A stretch of DNA of 64,000 bases from an uncultured Acetobacteraceae bacterium (GTDB taxonomy: Bacteria; Pseudomonadota; Alphaproteobacteria; Acetobacterales; Acetobacteraceae), in NCBI GenBank assembly GCA_937902425.1, contig CALFNB010000065.1:3167-67166 (forward strand). The letters are read 5' to 3'. The translations under genes and the position numbers were made by a program. Positions 35,766 to 46,523 of this stretch are shown here, in pieces. Under the pieces are notes generated by a model. The model was given only the letters and a program-made list of their open reading frames with translations. It did not search any database and was not told where the DNA came from. The number at the start of each line of letters is the position of its first letter. Within the stretch, counting starts at the first letter, position 1.

Positions 35766-38348
35766 TCACGATCCTCCCATGACGCGATAAAACGCGACCT
35801 TGGTGACTTCGACCAGCGCGAGATAAGCGAGTGTCGCACCGATCACGAAGCCGAAAAACAGCGGCGGCGGCGTGACGAAGCCAAACCACGCGCCGACCAG
35901 CGGCACCACCGGAAGAACGATCGCGACGGCGACCGCCGCGAAGGTCAAGGCGATGAGCAACCCGCAAGCTCGGCTTCGATAAAACCGGCGGCGGGTTCGG
36001 ATACAGAAAACCACAAGCACCTGGGTCGTCATCGATTCGATGAACCAGCCGGTCTGAAACACAGCCTCTCTCGCGTGGAACAGATTCAGCAGGGCGTAAA
36101 AGGTGACAAAATCGAAGACCGAGCTGACCGGCCCAAATACCAGCATGAAACGTTCGATCAATTTGATGTCCCATCGAACCGGTCTCGCGACAGCCTCTGG
36201 ATCGACACGATCGAACGGGATCGCGATCTCCGATACGTTGTAGATCAGATTGTTCAGCAGGATCTGAATCGGCAGCATGGGCAGGAAAGGCAACATCAAC
36301 GCGGCGCCGGCCATGCTGAACATGTTGCCGAAGTTTGAACTCGCGCCCATCAGCACGTATTTTGAAACATTCCGCACCGCGCCGCGTCCCGCCGCCATGG
36401 CGTCCAGTACCACGGAAAGATCGTGCTCCAGCAGAATCAGATCGGCGGCCGCCCGCGCGACATCGGCCGCACCGTCGACCGAGATCCCGACATCGGCCGC
36501 ATGCAGAGCCGGCGCGTCGTTGATGCCGTCGCCCATGAAGCCGACGACCTGTCCAAGCCGCTTCAACGCCAACAAGACCCGATGTTTCTGCTGCGGATTG
36601 ACCCGGCAAAACAAATTCACCCTGGGCAATTGCCCGAGCAGCGCCTCGTCGGTCAGATGTTCCAGCGCCGCACCGGTCAGCACGCCCGTTACGGGTACGC
36701 CAATCTCCTTGAAAACGTGGCGGGTCACGCTTTCGTTATCGCCGGTCAGCACTTTCACCGACACACCGGCATCCGCCAGCGCCCTGATCGTCGCTCCCGC
36801 GCTTGCCTTCGGCGGGTCAAGGAATACCGCGAAGCCGGCGAACACAAGCTCGGTTTCATCGGTGATCGCCGCGGTTTCGTGACTGGCGTCAGCCGATCGC
36901 GTGGCAACGCCCAGAGCGCGAAATCCCTGCGCGCCGAGGCCGTCGAGCGTGGCCTCGAACGTTCGTCGCGTCTGGGCGTCGAGCGGCCGCTCCACACCGT
37001 CGGCCGCCGCGTAAGTGCTCGAAAGCCGCAGCAGATCTTCCGGTGCGCCCTTGACGATCAGCCGGCGCTTGCCCTCGTGTTCCACCAGGACGGAGACTCG
37101 CCGCCGCTCGAAATCGAACGGCACTTCGTCGATCTTTTTCCAACCGTTCAAGTCGAACGGATGGGCCCCAAGGATCGCCGCGTCGAGCGGGCTTTTCATG
37201 CCGGTTTCGAACTGACTGTTGATGAAGGCATAAGCGAACGCCGACGCGGTTTCGGCACCATTGCCGTCAATGACACGGACAAGTTTGATCGTGGCTTCGG
37301 TCAAGGTGCCGGTTTTATCGGTGCACAAGACGTCCATCGCACCCAGGTCATGAATCGCGGACAGCCGCTTCACGATGACTTTTTGTTTCGCCATGCGCAT
37401 CGCCGACCTGGCGAGCGTGACCGTGACGATCATCGGCAGCAGTTCGGGCGTAAGTCCGACGGCCAGCGCCACGGCGAACAGCAGCGACTCAAGAGCCGGG
37501 CGATGGAAATATATGTTCACCGCGAGAACGAACAGCACCATCAATATGGTGAACCGCATGATCAGCATGCCAAACCGGCGGATGCCGACCGCGAATGCGG
37601 TGGCCGGCGGCTTCTCCGCCAGGCTGGTCGCGAGATGACCGAGTGCTGTTCTGCTCCCGGTGCGGCAAATGAGAATCGTCGCCGTGCCGCTGATCACCGA
37701 GGTGCCGGCGAACACCGCGTTGGACGCGCCGGCGGGATTTTCCACCCCCGAGGCCGCGTCACCGGCCTGTTTCTCGGCCGGATAAGGCTCCCCGGTCAGC
37801 AGGGCCTGATTGACGTAGAGGTCCCGGCTTTCCAGCAGCCGCGAGTCGGCCGGCACAAGATCGCCGGCGATCAGTTCGACGATGTCGCCGGGAACAAGTT
37901 GCTCGGTCAGGACAGAAACGGTCGCACCATCGCGGCGAACTTTTGCCTGGATCGCCACCGACCGGCGCAGTGCCTCGACCGCGTTTTGCGCCCTCACCTC
38001 CTGCGCGAAATCAAACGCGATGCTGAGCATGACAATGGTAATGATGATGACAAAGCTCGCGACATCGCCGGTTGCCGCGGAAAGTCCGCTCGCGACGATC
38101 AGGATGACGACCAGCGGGTTACGGAATCGCGCGAGGAACTGAAGCCAGAGCGGCGAACGTTTGACCGTCGAGGCATCGTTGGCGCCATAGGCCGCCAGCC
38201 GCGACCGAGCCTCCACGCCGGTCAGCCCGGAAGGCTTCGTCGCGAGTTGGGTCAGGAGCTGTTCCAACGGCGCCCGCCAGACGTCCTCAGGGCCAGGTTC
38301 GCCGGTCGTCGCGGCAGCGACGGGGATGCCAACAGGATGATCGTTCAT
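35766..38348 (-). CDS. mgtA: Magnesium-translocating P-type ATPase
   Basis: LTGEP, VGLTPELLP, DKTGTLT, PFDFERRR, TGDN, MGDGINDAP, SSNFGN. Confidence 0.93.
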   Translation of the reverse strand: MNDHPVGIPVAAATTGEPGPEDVWRAPLEQLLTQLATKPSGLTGVEARSRLAAYGANDASTVKRSPLWLQFLARFRNPLVVILIVASGLSAATGDVASFVIIITIVMLSIAFDFAQEVRAQNAVEALRRSVAIQAKVRRDGATVSVLTEQLVPGDIVELIAGDLVPADSRLLESRDLYVNQALLTGEPYPAEKQAGDAASGVENPAGASNAVFAGTSVISGTATILICRTGSRTALGHLATSLAEKPPATAFAVGIRRFGMLIMRFTILMVLFVLAVNIYFHRPALESLLFAVALAVGLTPELLPMIVTVTLARSAMRMAKQKVIVKRLSAIHDLGAMDVLCTDKTGTLTEATIKLVRVIDGNGAETASAFAYAFINSQFETGMKSPLDAAILGAHPFDLNGWKKIDEVPFDFERRRVSVLVEHEGKRRLIVKGAPEDLLRLSSTYAAADGVERPLDAQTRRTFEATLDGLGAQGFRALGVATRSADASHETAAITDETELVFAGFAVFLDPPKASAGATIRALADAGVSVKVLTGDNESVTRHVFKEIGVPVTGVLTGAALEHLTDEALLGQLPRVNLFCRVNPQQKHRVLLALKRLGQVVGFMGDGINDAPALHAADVGISVDGAADVARAAADLILLEHDLSVVLDAMAAGRGAVRNVSKYVLMGASSNFGNMFSMAGAALMLPFLPMLPIQILLNNLIYNVSEIAIPFDRVDPEAVARPVRWDIKLIERFMLVFGPVSSVFDFVTFYALLNLFHAREAVFQTGWFIESMTTQVLVVFCIRTRRRFYRSRACGLLIALTFAAVAVAIVLPVVPLVGAWFGFVTPPPLFFGFVIGATLAYLALVEVTKVAFYRVMGGS

Positions 38349-38764
38349 GCCGTATTTGTTCCGTTCCCACCGCACCGCCAACGTGCCGTCGATGCGGCCG
38401 CGCCGGAGGTGACCAAAGGACAGGCCGCGGGCAACCCCCGTCAGGGCCTCCAGGCGCCGATCCGCACTCGCACAAGGTCGCACGCTCATCGTGCCACGCT
38501 AAGCTCCCCGGGTCTCAGCGCCGGGGGCGCGGCGTACGACGAAACGCTTTGAATATCACCGCCGACGGCGTTACGGGTTGCCGAGGTTAATCCTGAATGG
38601 ATGATGCCGACCGGAACAGGTTCGGAAACTACTTATGTGTCGAGGACAACCGGCAGCCGCGTCGCCAGCACGCTTGAACTCGTATTTCGCGAAATCGCGG
38701 ACGAACCACAACGAAATTTCTTGAAACCACACAGGCACAGGTAGCGACCGGGTCTGAAAGCTGA

Positions 38765-39670
38765 TCAGTCCGCCAGGGCCGGCGCACCACCGGCGACGGT
38801 CGTGCGGTACATCAACCGCTGGTATCGCGTGTGATCGAACAAGCTCGCGGTATGCAGCACCGCGCGATTATCCCATATGACCAGATCGCCCTTCCGCCAG
38901 CGGTGGCAATAGACGAACCGCGCCTGCGTCACGTGCATGATCAGCGTTTCGATCAGCATCGCGCTCTCCTCCGCGCCGATGCCCTCGATGTGGCTGATGA
39001 CGGCCGGACACACGTACAGCGACTTCGCACCGGTCGCCGGATGGCTGCGTACCAAAGGCTGCCGCACCGGTGGAAATGCCTCCGGCTGATGATCGACGCC
39101 GGCCGCGCGCTCCGGATTGTGCCGCGCACCCCATTGCCGCAAGGTCTCCAGCGAGTGCACCGCGTACAGTCCCTCGACCCGCCGCCGCATCGCCGGCTCC
39201 AGCGTGCGCCAGGCGGAGGTGGCGTCAGCGAACAATGTATCGCCGCCCTCCCCCGGAACGATCTCCGCATAAAACAGCGACGCATCACTCGGCGTTCTCC
39301 GGTAGGAGCTGTCGGCGTGCCACTGCTCCACCCCGCGGTTGAACGAGGCCTTCATGCCGTCGCGCTCGACATTTCCGACGCAGAACACTTCGCGGTGCGC
39401 CGGCAGCGTGTTCTCGAACCGGCTGTGGATTTCCAACGGGCCGAACCGGCGGCTGAACGCGACGAGATCGGCTGGGTCAAGCTCCAGCCCAGGCACGATG
39501 AGCACGCGATAGCGATGCAGTGCCGAAATGAATTCCCCCAGCAACTCCGGGACGACGTCGCCGTGGATCGGCATCCCCCGCACCTCGGCACCGAAGGTGG
39601 GGCCAACCTGGCGGATGGTAAACGGCACATCCGCCTGCTGCCTCGCCGCTGTCGCCGCAACCTGGTTCAT
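38765..39670 (-). CDS. TauD/TfdA-family 2-oxoglutarate-dependent dioxygenase
   Basis: WHADSSY, GGDTLFAD, PLVRSHP.TG.KSLY, WDNRAVLH. Confidence 0.92.
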   Translation of the reverse strand: MNQVAATAARQQADVPFTIRQVGPTFGAEVRGMPIHGDVVPELLGEFISALHRYRVLIVPGLELDPADLVAFSRRFGPLEIHSRFENTLPAHREVFCVGNVERDGMKASFNRGVEQWHADSSYRRTPSDASLFYAEIVPGEGGDTLFADATSAWRTLEPAMRRRVEGLYAVHSLETLRQWGARHNPERAAGVDHQPEAFPPVRQPLVRSHPATGAKSLYVCPAVISHIEGIGAEESAMLIETLIMHVTQARFVYCHRWRKGDLVIWDNRAVLHTASLFDHTRYQRLMYRTTVAGGAPALAD

Positions 39671-40028
39671 AGGCCGCTCTCCCGCCTGGTCTGTGTCGAT
39701 CCCGGATCGACGAAACGACCGCCACCAATGACGGCCGGACGCACTTTGTGCAACGCAGCATATTTTAGCCTGGAGGGAAAGACCCCTGCGCTAAAAGCAG
39801 CTGATTTGGGCACCGGTCCGATCGGGCTCCGGCCACAGCGCGTCCATCGCCGCCGGCGTCATAGGACGCGAGCTATTGAGGCCGCCGATCGCCGCCCCGA
39901 AGTCCGGCCGGATGGTTTTTATACGGACCGTCATCGGCAATCCCTCCTCCAGTGCGCCGCGACCCGGCGGCGATTGACGTGGGTTGTGCTAACGTCCTTG
40001 AATCACGATGCGATCTTGGGGGGTGTCA

Positions 40029-42392
40029 ATGGCTGACCACGGCGGGACGACGGGAATTGGCGCCCCGGTGCGGCGGCATGAGGATCTGCGCCTGCTCACC
40101 GGACTGGGCCGCTACAGCGACGACCTCACGCTGCCGGGCCAGGCCTACGCGGTGATGCTCCGATCGCCGCACGCGCACGCCATGATCGGAACGATCGATA
40201 CGGCGGTGGCCGGCGCGGTGCCAGGCGTGCTGGCGGTACTGACCGGACGGGACATGATGGCGGATGGACTGCGGCCAATTCCGCATGCGGTCTGGTCGGG
40301 ACATCCGGCGGAGATCCCGTTGCCGAACAGCGATGGATCGACCGCGTCGGGGCCGCCGCATTTCTGCATGGCGACAACCATCGCTCGCCATGTCGGCGAC
40401 ATCGTCGTGGTGGTGATCGCCACCAGCCTCACGGCCGCCAGGGACGCGGCGGAGCGGGTTATCGTTGAGTATGAAACCTTGCCGGCGGTGACACATGCGC
40501 CCCTCGCGGCACGCCCAGAAGCGGCACGCGCGTGGAATGAGGGGGCCTCGAATGTTTGTATCGACTCGGTATTGGGCGACGCGGCGGCGACCAATGCCGC
40601 GTTCAGTCGGGCCGCGCATGTCGTGCGATTTGACACCTGGGTGCAGCGGGTCGCGGGCGTGCCGATGGAGCCTCGCGCGGCGATCGGCGAATACGACCCG
40701 ACGAACGGCAAATACACACTGCGCGCGGGGGCCGGCGGCGCGATAAGGCCGCGCAACGATCTGGCGGCGGTACTGGGCGTGCCCCAGGCCAACGTCCGCA
40801 TGGTGATGCACGACGTCGGCGGCAATTTCGGCACTCGTGGCGCGTTCAATCCCGAATTCGCCCTGGTGGTCTGGGCTGCCCGCCGGATCGGGCGGCCGGT
40901 GAAATGGACCAGCGACCGCTCCGAGGCATTTCTGTGCGACTATCAGGCCCGCGATCTGGCGGTGACCGCGGAACTGGCACTGGATGCCGAGGGCACGTTC
41001 CTGGCGATGCGCTGCGACAACATGGTCAACCTCGGCGCGTATCCGGTCGGGTTCAGCCCGTTGCAGAAAGGCGCCGCCATCGTTTCCAGCATCTATCACG
41101 TGCCACTGGTAACCGTTCGAGCGCGCGGTGTGTTCACCAACACCGCGCCGACCCGCCCGTATCGCAGCGCCGGCCGACCCGAGGTCATGTATGTGATGGA
41201 GCGGCTGATCGATCTGGCCGCGCGACAAAGCGGCCTCGACCGCATCGCATTGCGCCGGCGCAATCTGGTGCCCGAAAGTGCGATGCCGTATCGAAACCCG
41301 TTCGGCATGACGTATGACAGCGGCGCCTACCATCAGGTCATGGAGACCGCGTTGCGTCTGGGTGATTGGACCGGCTTTCCGGCGCGCCGCGCACAGGCCG
41401 CGGCACGTGGCAAATGCCGCGGCATCGGTGTCGCCAATTACGTCGATACCGCGACCGGCGTGCCGCGCGAGCGGGCCGAGATCACGGTGAAACCTGAAGG
41501 CGTGGTAGAGGTGGTTGTCGGCACCGGCTCGCAGGGCCAGGGGCACGAGACAAGCTTCGCTCAGTTGATCAACGAATGGTTGGGCGTACCGAATGCGTGC
41601 GTTCAGTTGGTGACCGGGGATACCGATCGTGTGGTGTGGGGTGGCGGCGCGCACTCGGGTCGCGCGTTGCGTCTGGGCTCCATCGTGATGCACGCGGCGT
41701 CGTTCGAGATCATCGAGAAAGCCACCCGGATCGCCAGTCACGTGCTGGAGGCGGATCGATCCGACGTCGTCTTCAGTGAGGGACGCTTCACGGTCACCGG
41801 GACCGACCGCTCGATCGGATTGTTCGATGTCGCCGCGGCGGCGCTGACCCGCAACGATCTACCGGAGGACCTCGCCGGCGAGCTGGGGGCGATCAGCGAC
41901 AAAACGATCGCGGAGGCAAGTTTTCCGTACGGCTGCCATGTGTGCGAGGTCGAGGTCGATCCCGAAACCGGCGTCGTCGAGATCGCACGTTACACCGCCG
42001 TCGACGATGTCGGCCGAGCGGTCAATCCGATGATCGTGCATGGCCAGGTGCATGGCGGCATCGCTCAGGGAGTCGGTCAGGCATTATGGGAGCAGATCGT
42101 GTACGACCGGAGCACAGGCCAGTTGCTGACCGGCTCGTTCATGGACTACGCAATGCCGCGGGCGTCGGGGCTGCCGTTTTACGTCACCGAACTTAGTGAA
42201 GTGCCATCGCCGACGCATCCATTGGGCATTCGGCCGGCGGGTGAGGGCGGCACCACACCGGCGCTCGGTGTCGTGATGAACGCCATCGTCGATGCGTTGT
42301 CGGTCTTTGGCGTCACGCACGTTGAAATGCCGGCAACTCCGGAACGCGTATGGCGGGCGATCGAGGCCGCCTCGCAAGGTGGCGTGGAGTAA
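40029..42392 (+). CDS. Xanthine dehydrogenase/CoxL-family molybdopterin-binding subunit
   Basis: LRSPHAHA, PMEPR, VGGNFG, YRSAGRPE, QGQGHET, GQVHGG.AQG, GEGG. Confidence 0.92.
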   Translation: MADHGGTTGIGAPVRRHEDLRLLTGLGRYSDDLTLPGQAYAVMLRSPHAHAMIGTIDTAVAGAVPGVLAVLTGRDMMADGLRPIPHAVWSGHPAEIPLPNSDGSTASGPPHFCMATTIARHVGDIVVVVIATSLTAARDAAERVIVEYETLPAVTHAPLAARPEAARAWNEGASNVCIDSVLGDAAATNAAFSRAAHVVRFDTWVQRVAGVPMEPRAAIGEYDPTNGKYTLRAGAGGAIRPRNDLAAVLGVPQANVRMVMHDVGGNFGTRGAFNPEFALVVWAARRIGRPVKWTSDRSEAFLCDYQARDLAVTAELALDAEGTFLAMRCDNMVNLGAYPVGFSPLQKGAAIVSSIYHVPLVTVRARGVFTNTAPTRPYRSAGRPEVMYVMERLIDLAARQSGLDRIALRRRNLVPESAMPYRNPFGMTYDSGAYHQVMETALRLGDWTGFPARRAQAAARGKCRGIGVANYVDTATGVPRERAEITVKPEGVVEVVVGTGSQGQGHETSFAQLINEWLGVPNACVQLVTGDTDRVVWGGGAHSGRALRLGSIVMHAASFEIIEKATRIASHVLEADRSDVVFSEGRFTVTGTDRSIGLFDVAAAALTRNDLPEDLAGELGAISDKTIAEASFPYGCHVCEVEVDPETGVVEIARYTAVDDVGRAVNPMIVHGQVHGGIAQGVGQALWEQIVYDRSTGQLLTGSFMDYAMPRASGLPFYVTELSEVPSPTHPLGIRPAGEGGTTPALGVVMNAIVDALSVFGVTHVEMPATPERVWRAIEAASQGGVE

Positions 42393-42399
42393 CCGGGAC

Positions 42400-43128
42400 G
42401 TGCCGATTTATGTGATCAATCTCGACCGCGACCAGGAGCGGATGCGGCTGTTTTCCGAAACCAACGGGCATTTGGTGGAGTTCGTCCGTTTTTCCGCCGT
42501 TGATGGACGCGCGGCGGATCGAGCCGCCCTGCAACACGAAGGCATCATCAAAAGCGATCTGACTTACAACAATGGCCAGTTGGGGTGCGCGCTGTCCCAC
42601 ATCGCCTTGTGGCGGTTCGCCATCGCGGAGAACCGCGTCGTCACGGTCGCCGAGGACGACGTCATATTCGCGCACGACTTCGCTTCGGCGCATGAGGCGT
42701 TCGTGGCGCGGTTGCCCGAGGACTGGAGCATCGTGCTGTGGGGCTGGAATTTCGACCGTTCGGTGTGGGCGGAAATTCCCGAGGGGGTCGCGAAATCCAC
42801 CCTGCAATTCGATCAGGACGCGTTGCGCGAGAACATCGAGATGTTTCGCCGGGCGGAGGTCGCCCATGCGCCGATCCGGCTGCGGCACGCCTTCGGCACC
42901 ACGGCCTATACGGTGTCAACGGCGGGCGCCCGATCGCTGCTGGAAATGTGCGTGCCGCTCGGCCGGCGGTTCATTCATTTTGAGGGCTTTGGCATCGGGA
43001 TTCCGAACAACGGCATCGATTGCATGATGAATACCGCGTATCCGAAACTGAAAGCCTATGCGTGCATGCCGCCTTTGGCGGTTTCGGAGAACCGGCAGGA
43101 TATTTCCAATACGTATCGTATGTTTTAG
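42400..43128 (+). CDS. Glycosyltransferase family 25
   Basis: YVINLDRDQER, RFSAVDG, GQLGCALSH, AEDD, GTTAY.VS..GA. Confidence 0.88.
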   Translation: MPIYVINLDRDQERMRLFSETNGHLVEFVRFSAVDGRAADRAALQHEGIIKSDLTYNNGQLGCALSHIALWRFAIAENRVVTVAEDDVIFAHDFASAHEAFVARLPEDWSIVLWGWNFDRSVWAEIPEGVAKSTLQFDQDALRENIEMFRRAEVAHAPIRLRHAFGTTAYTVSTAGARSLLEMCVPLGRRFIHFEGFGIGIPNNGIDCMMNTAYPKLKAYACMPPLAVSENRQDISNTYRMF

Positions 43129-43700
43129 TGTTTTTCGCGCGTGATGGCGCGGACGGCGGCGTCAGCAGGAATCGGCGGCTTCGACGTTGGTCCGGACGGC
43201 TCCCGGTAGGTCCCGAGCAAGCGATCCCAGAAGAAATCGATCACCGCGAAATTGGCGTTGGCATGGAGGTGGTGGACGAAATGCAGTTGCTGCTTGCGCC
43301 GAAACCATGCGAATCGTTCAAGATACGAACCGTCGATATGATACGCTTTGTCAAACCAGACATGGGCGTAAAACGACGCCCCCGCGCCCGCGGTCACCGC
43401 GATGAACAGCCCGAGCGGCAGGACGAAATATGCCGCCGCGCCGACGAGTAATACGGGGATATAAAAGTACGGCGTATTATTGCCTTCACTCCCCTCGGGA
43501 ACCGTCGACGTGAGGTGACCTCTGGCGTACCGGGCATGATGGTAATTGATGTGGTTACGGAACAGGATACCACCAATCCGGCGATGGCCAAGCCAATAGT
43601 GCATGAGCGTCTGGCCGCATGACATGACCAGATGCGTGCTTATCGCCGCCCCCACGCAGAGCGGGAATTCGATCAACGACCATTGGAGCCATCCGATCAT
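43125..43700 (-). CDS. Sterol desaturase / fatty acid hydroxylase family protein
   Basis: His boxes HYWLGH, HINYHH, HFVHH; NF....FWDRLLGTY. Confidence 0.8.
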   Translation of the reverse strand: MIGWLQWSLIEFPLCVGAAISTHLVMSCGQTLMHYWLGHRRIGGILFRNHINYHHARYARGHLTSTVPEGSEGNNTPYFYIPVLLVGAAAYFVLPLGLFIAVTAGAGASFYAHVWFDKAYHIDGSYLERFAWFRRKQQLHFVHHLHANANFAVIDFFWDRLLGTYREPSGPTSKPPIPADAAVRAITREKH

Positions 43701-43900
43701 GATCGTTGCGGGCCCGCGAACTGGAGGCCAGGTGATACGGTTTCCGCCGCGCGGCCCGACGAGCCCGCGGGGGCATTTCGGTGGCGTGCCATGGCGACCA
43801 TATGGCACGGTTGCTCCGGTATTGCACCTGGTGGCCCGATCATCCGCTGATTATCCCCCCGCCCCCGCCGAACCCATCCGTGGGGACAAAACCACCACCC

Positions 43901-43927
43901 CTGGCACTCTCATATGAAGAGTGCTAA
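43901..43927 (+). promoter_or_regulatory. CIRCE element (HrcA operator)
   Basis: CTGGCACTC-N9-GAGTGCTAA versus consensus TTAGCACTC-N9-GAGTGCTAA, upstream of groES. Confidence 0.88.
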
Positions 43928-44033
43928 CAATGTCGGGTTGGCGACCTATATCTTGTCTTGGCGTGCCCAGGTCGATCGCCGAACGCCAAACTGCGCCGAA
44001 TGCCAGACTTCCCCCATTTGTGGAGCATATCCC

Positions 44034-44351
44034 GTGAAATTCCGACCCCTGCACGACCGGGTGGTGGTGCGCCGCCTCGCCGCTGAAGAAAAGACGTCCG
44101 GTGGCATCATCATCCCCGACACGGCTCAGGAAAAACCGATGGAAGGCGAAATCGTCGCCGCCGGGCCCGGAGCCCGCGATGAGAAGGGCCACATCGTCGC
44201 CCTGGCGGTAAAGGAAGGCGATCGCGTCCTGTTCGGGAAGTGGTCCGGCACCGAGGTGAAGCTCGATGGCGAGGAACTCCTGATCATGAAGGAGTCCGAT
44301 CTCATGGGCGTCATCGATGGCGTCGCCGCCGCGAAGAAAAAGGCGGCGTGA
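44034..44351 (+). CDS. groES: Co-chaperonin GroES
   Basis: GGAG SD, GTG start; [23 protein letters not shown]. Confidence 0.97.
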   Translation: MKFRPLHDRVVVRRLAAEEKTSGGIIIPDTAQEKPMEGEIVAAGPGARDEKGHIVALAVKEGDRVLFGKWSGTEVKLDGEELLIMKESDLMGVIDGVAAAKKKAA

Positions 44352-44387
44352 TCGCGCCGTTAAACTGAATTCAGGAAGGAATTAAAC

Positions 44388-46025
44388 ATGGCCGCGAAAG
44401 ATGTTCGCTTCGGCTCGGATGCCCGCCAACGCATGATGCGTGGCGTCGATACACTGTCCGAGGCGGTGAAAATCACGCTGGGTCCCAAGGGCCGCAACGT
44501 GATCCTCGATAAAAGCTACGGCGCGCCGCGGATCACCAAGGACGGTGTGACGGTCGCCAAGGAAGTCGAGCTTTCCGATAAGTTCGAGAACATGGGCGCG
44601 CAGATGGTGCGGGAGGTCGCGTCGAAGACCAACGACATCGCCGGCGACGGCACCACGACCGCGATCGTGCTGGCGCACGCGATCGTGCGCGAAGGCCTGC
44701 GGGCGGTTTCATCGGGTCTCAATCCGATGGATGTGAAGCGCGGCGTCGACAAGGCGGTAGTCGCTCTGGTCGCGGAACTGGCGAAGCGCAGCAAGAAGAT
44801 CACCACCCCGGCCGAAACCGCGCAGGTTGGCACCATCTCCGCCAACGGCGACGGTGAGATCGGCAAGATGATCTCCGACGCGATGCAGAAGGTCGGCAAC
44901 GAAGGTGTCATCACCGTCGAAGAAGCCAAGGGCACCCAGACCGAACTCGATGTCGTCGAGGGCATGCAGTTCGACCGCGGCTACATGTCGCCGTACTTCA
45001 TCACCAACGCCGAGAAGATGAATATCGAACTGGATCAGCCATATATCCTGATCTACGAGAAGAAGCTTTCCGGCCTGCAATCCCTGCTGCCGCTGCTGGA
45101 GGCGGTCGCGCAATCGACCCGTCCCCTGCTGATCATCGCCGAGGATGTTGAAGGCGAGGCACTCGCGACGCTGGTGGTGAACAAGCTGCGTGGCGGTCTG
45201 AAGGTCGCCGCCGTGAAGGCGCCCGGCTTTGGCGATCGCCGCAAAGCGATGCTGGAAGATATCGCGGTGCTGACCAAGGGCGAACTGATCAGCGAAGAAC
45301 TCGGCATCAAGCTGGAGAACGTCACCCTCGCCATGCTGGGCACCGCGAAGCGGGTGCTGATCGAGAAAGAGAACACCACGATCGTCGAAGGTGCCGGCAA
45401 AAAGCCCGACATTACCGCGCGCTGCAATCAGATCCGCGCGCAGATCGAGGAAACCACCTCGGACTACGATAAGGAGAAGCTGCAGGAACGGCTCGCCAAA
45501 CTGGCCGGCGGCGTCGCGATCATTCGCGTCGGCGGCTCCAGCGAGGTCGAGGTGAAGGAGAAGAAGGACCGGGTCGATGACGGTCTGCACGCCACGCGCG
45601 CGGCGGTCGAGGAAGGCATTGTCCCCGGCGGCGGCGTTGCTCTCGCGCGGGCGTCGCTGATCCTGGCCAAACTCAAAGCCGACAACGACGATCAGCGCGT
45701 CGGGATCGATATCGTGCGCAAGGCGGTGCAAACGCCGCTGCGGCAGATCGCCGAGAACGCCGGCGAGGACGGCGCCGTGATCTCCGGCAAAGTGCTGGAG
45801 AAGGACGACTACAACTGGGGCTTCGACGCGCAGACCGGCGAGTTCAAGGACATGGTCAAGGCCGGCATCATCGATCCGACCAAGGTCGTGCGCTCCGCTT
45901 TGCAGCACGCCGCATCGATCGGGTCGCTGATGCTGACGACGGAAGCGATGGTCGCGGAACATGTGGAAAAGCCGGCTGAAGGCGATGGCTCCTCCACCAG
46001 CGATACGCGCTACCAGGGTCACTGA
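44388..46025 (+). CDS. groEL: Chaperonin GroEL
   Basis: [26 protein letters not shown]; atypical C-terminus. Confidence 0.98.
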   Translation: MAAKDVRFGSDARQRMMRGVDTLSEAVKITLGPKGRNVILDKSYGAPRITKDGVTVAKEVELSDKFENMGAQMVREVASKTNDIAGDGTTTAIVLAHAIVREGLRAVSSGLNPMDVKRGVDKAVVALVAELAKRSKKITTPAETAQVGTISANGDGEIGKMISDAMQKVGNEGVITVEEAKGTQTELDVVEGMQFDRGYMSPYFITNAEKMNIELDQPYILIYEKKLSGLQSLLPLLEAVAQSTRPLLIIAEDVEGEALATLVVNKLRGGLKVAAVKAPGFGDRRKAMLEDIAVLTKGELISEELGIKLENVTLAMLGTAKRVLIEKENTTIVEGAGKKPDITARCNQIRAQIEETTSDYDKEKLQERLAKLAGGVAIIRVGGSSEVEVKEKKDRVDDGLHATRAAVEEGIVPGGGVALARASLILAKLKADNDDQRVGIDIVRKAVQTPLRQIAENAGEDGAVISGKVLEKDDYNWGFDAQTGEFKDMVKAGIIDPTKVVRSALQHAASIGSLMLTTEAMVAEHVEKPAEGDGSSTSDTRYQGH

Positions 46026-46036
46026 AAACGCGGCGC

Positions 46037-46070
46037 GGCGGTCGCGAAGCCGAACGGAATCGCGACCGCC
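46037..46070 (+). terminator. GC-rich hairpin after groEL
   Basis: GGCGGTCGCGA / TCGCGACCGCC 11-bp stem, 12-nt loop; no U-tract. Confidence 0.5.
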
Positions 46071-46286
46071 ACGTCCCTATAACCACTAAAGTATGCTTGT
46101 TGGGAGTTCGGACGCCGCATTCCCCGCCGTCATGGTCCGGACAAAAGCCGGCCCATGACGAACGGGCGACGGTTCCACACTGTCACGATCGCCATGAGAC
46201 TCGACCCGACGATCTGCATCAGCATGCGCCATGGCAATCCTCGCATCAGGTCCACGGTGGCGATGACCATTGAGAAGGTTCCGCAC

Positions 46287-46523
46287 ATGGAACAAGACGA
46301 TGCCGCTTTCAACGCGACAACCGCCCGCCTGCTCCGTCGCGAGGCGCTGCGCCGCGTCGCCGAGGAATTGAATTCAACTTCCGGACCCGGCCTCGAAAGC
46401 GTACTGGGCCGCATCTCCGCCGAAGTCACGGCGGAGGCCCTCGAAAAGCACACCGTCAAGGATGGCGAGACTACCCCTGAGCCGCCAGCGGCGCCGCGCC
46501 AATCTCATCCGTCCAAACCTTGA
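46287..46523 (+). CDS. Small hypothetical protein
   Basis: MEQDDAAFNATTARLLRREALRRVAEEL..; possible AAGG SD; 3' end overlaps the convergent gene. Confidence 0.45.
   Translation: MEQDDAAFNATTARLLRREALRRVAEELNSTSGPGLESVLGRISAEVTAEALEKHTVKDGETTPEPPAAPRQSHPSKP

Noticed and set aside
38349-38764. Mg2+ riboswitch or MgtL-like leader upstream of mgtA
   Set aside because: No recognisable structure or SD-supported Pro-rich leader seen; needs an Rfam scan.
40029-42392. Aerobic CO dehydrogenase (coxL form I)
   Set aside because: Lacks the AYRCSFR loop and neighbouring coxM/coxS.
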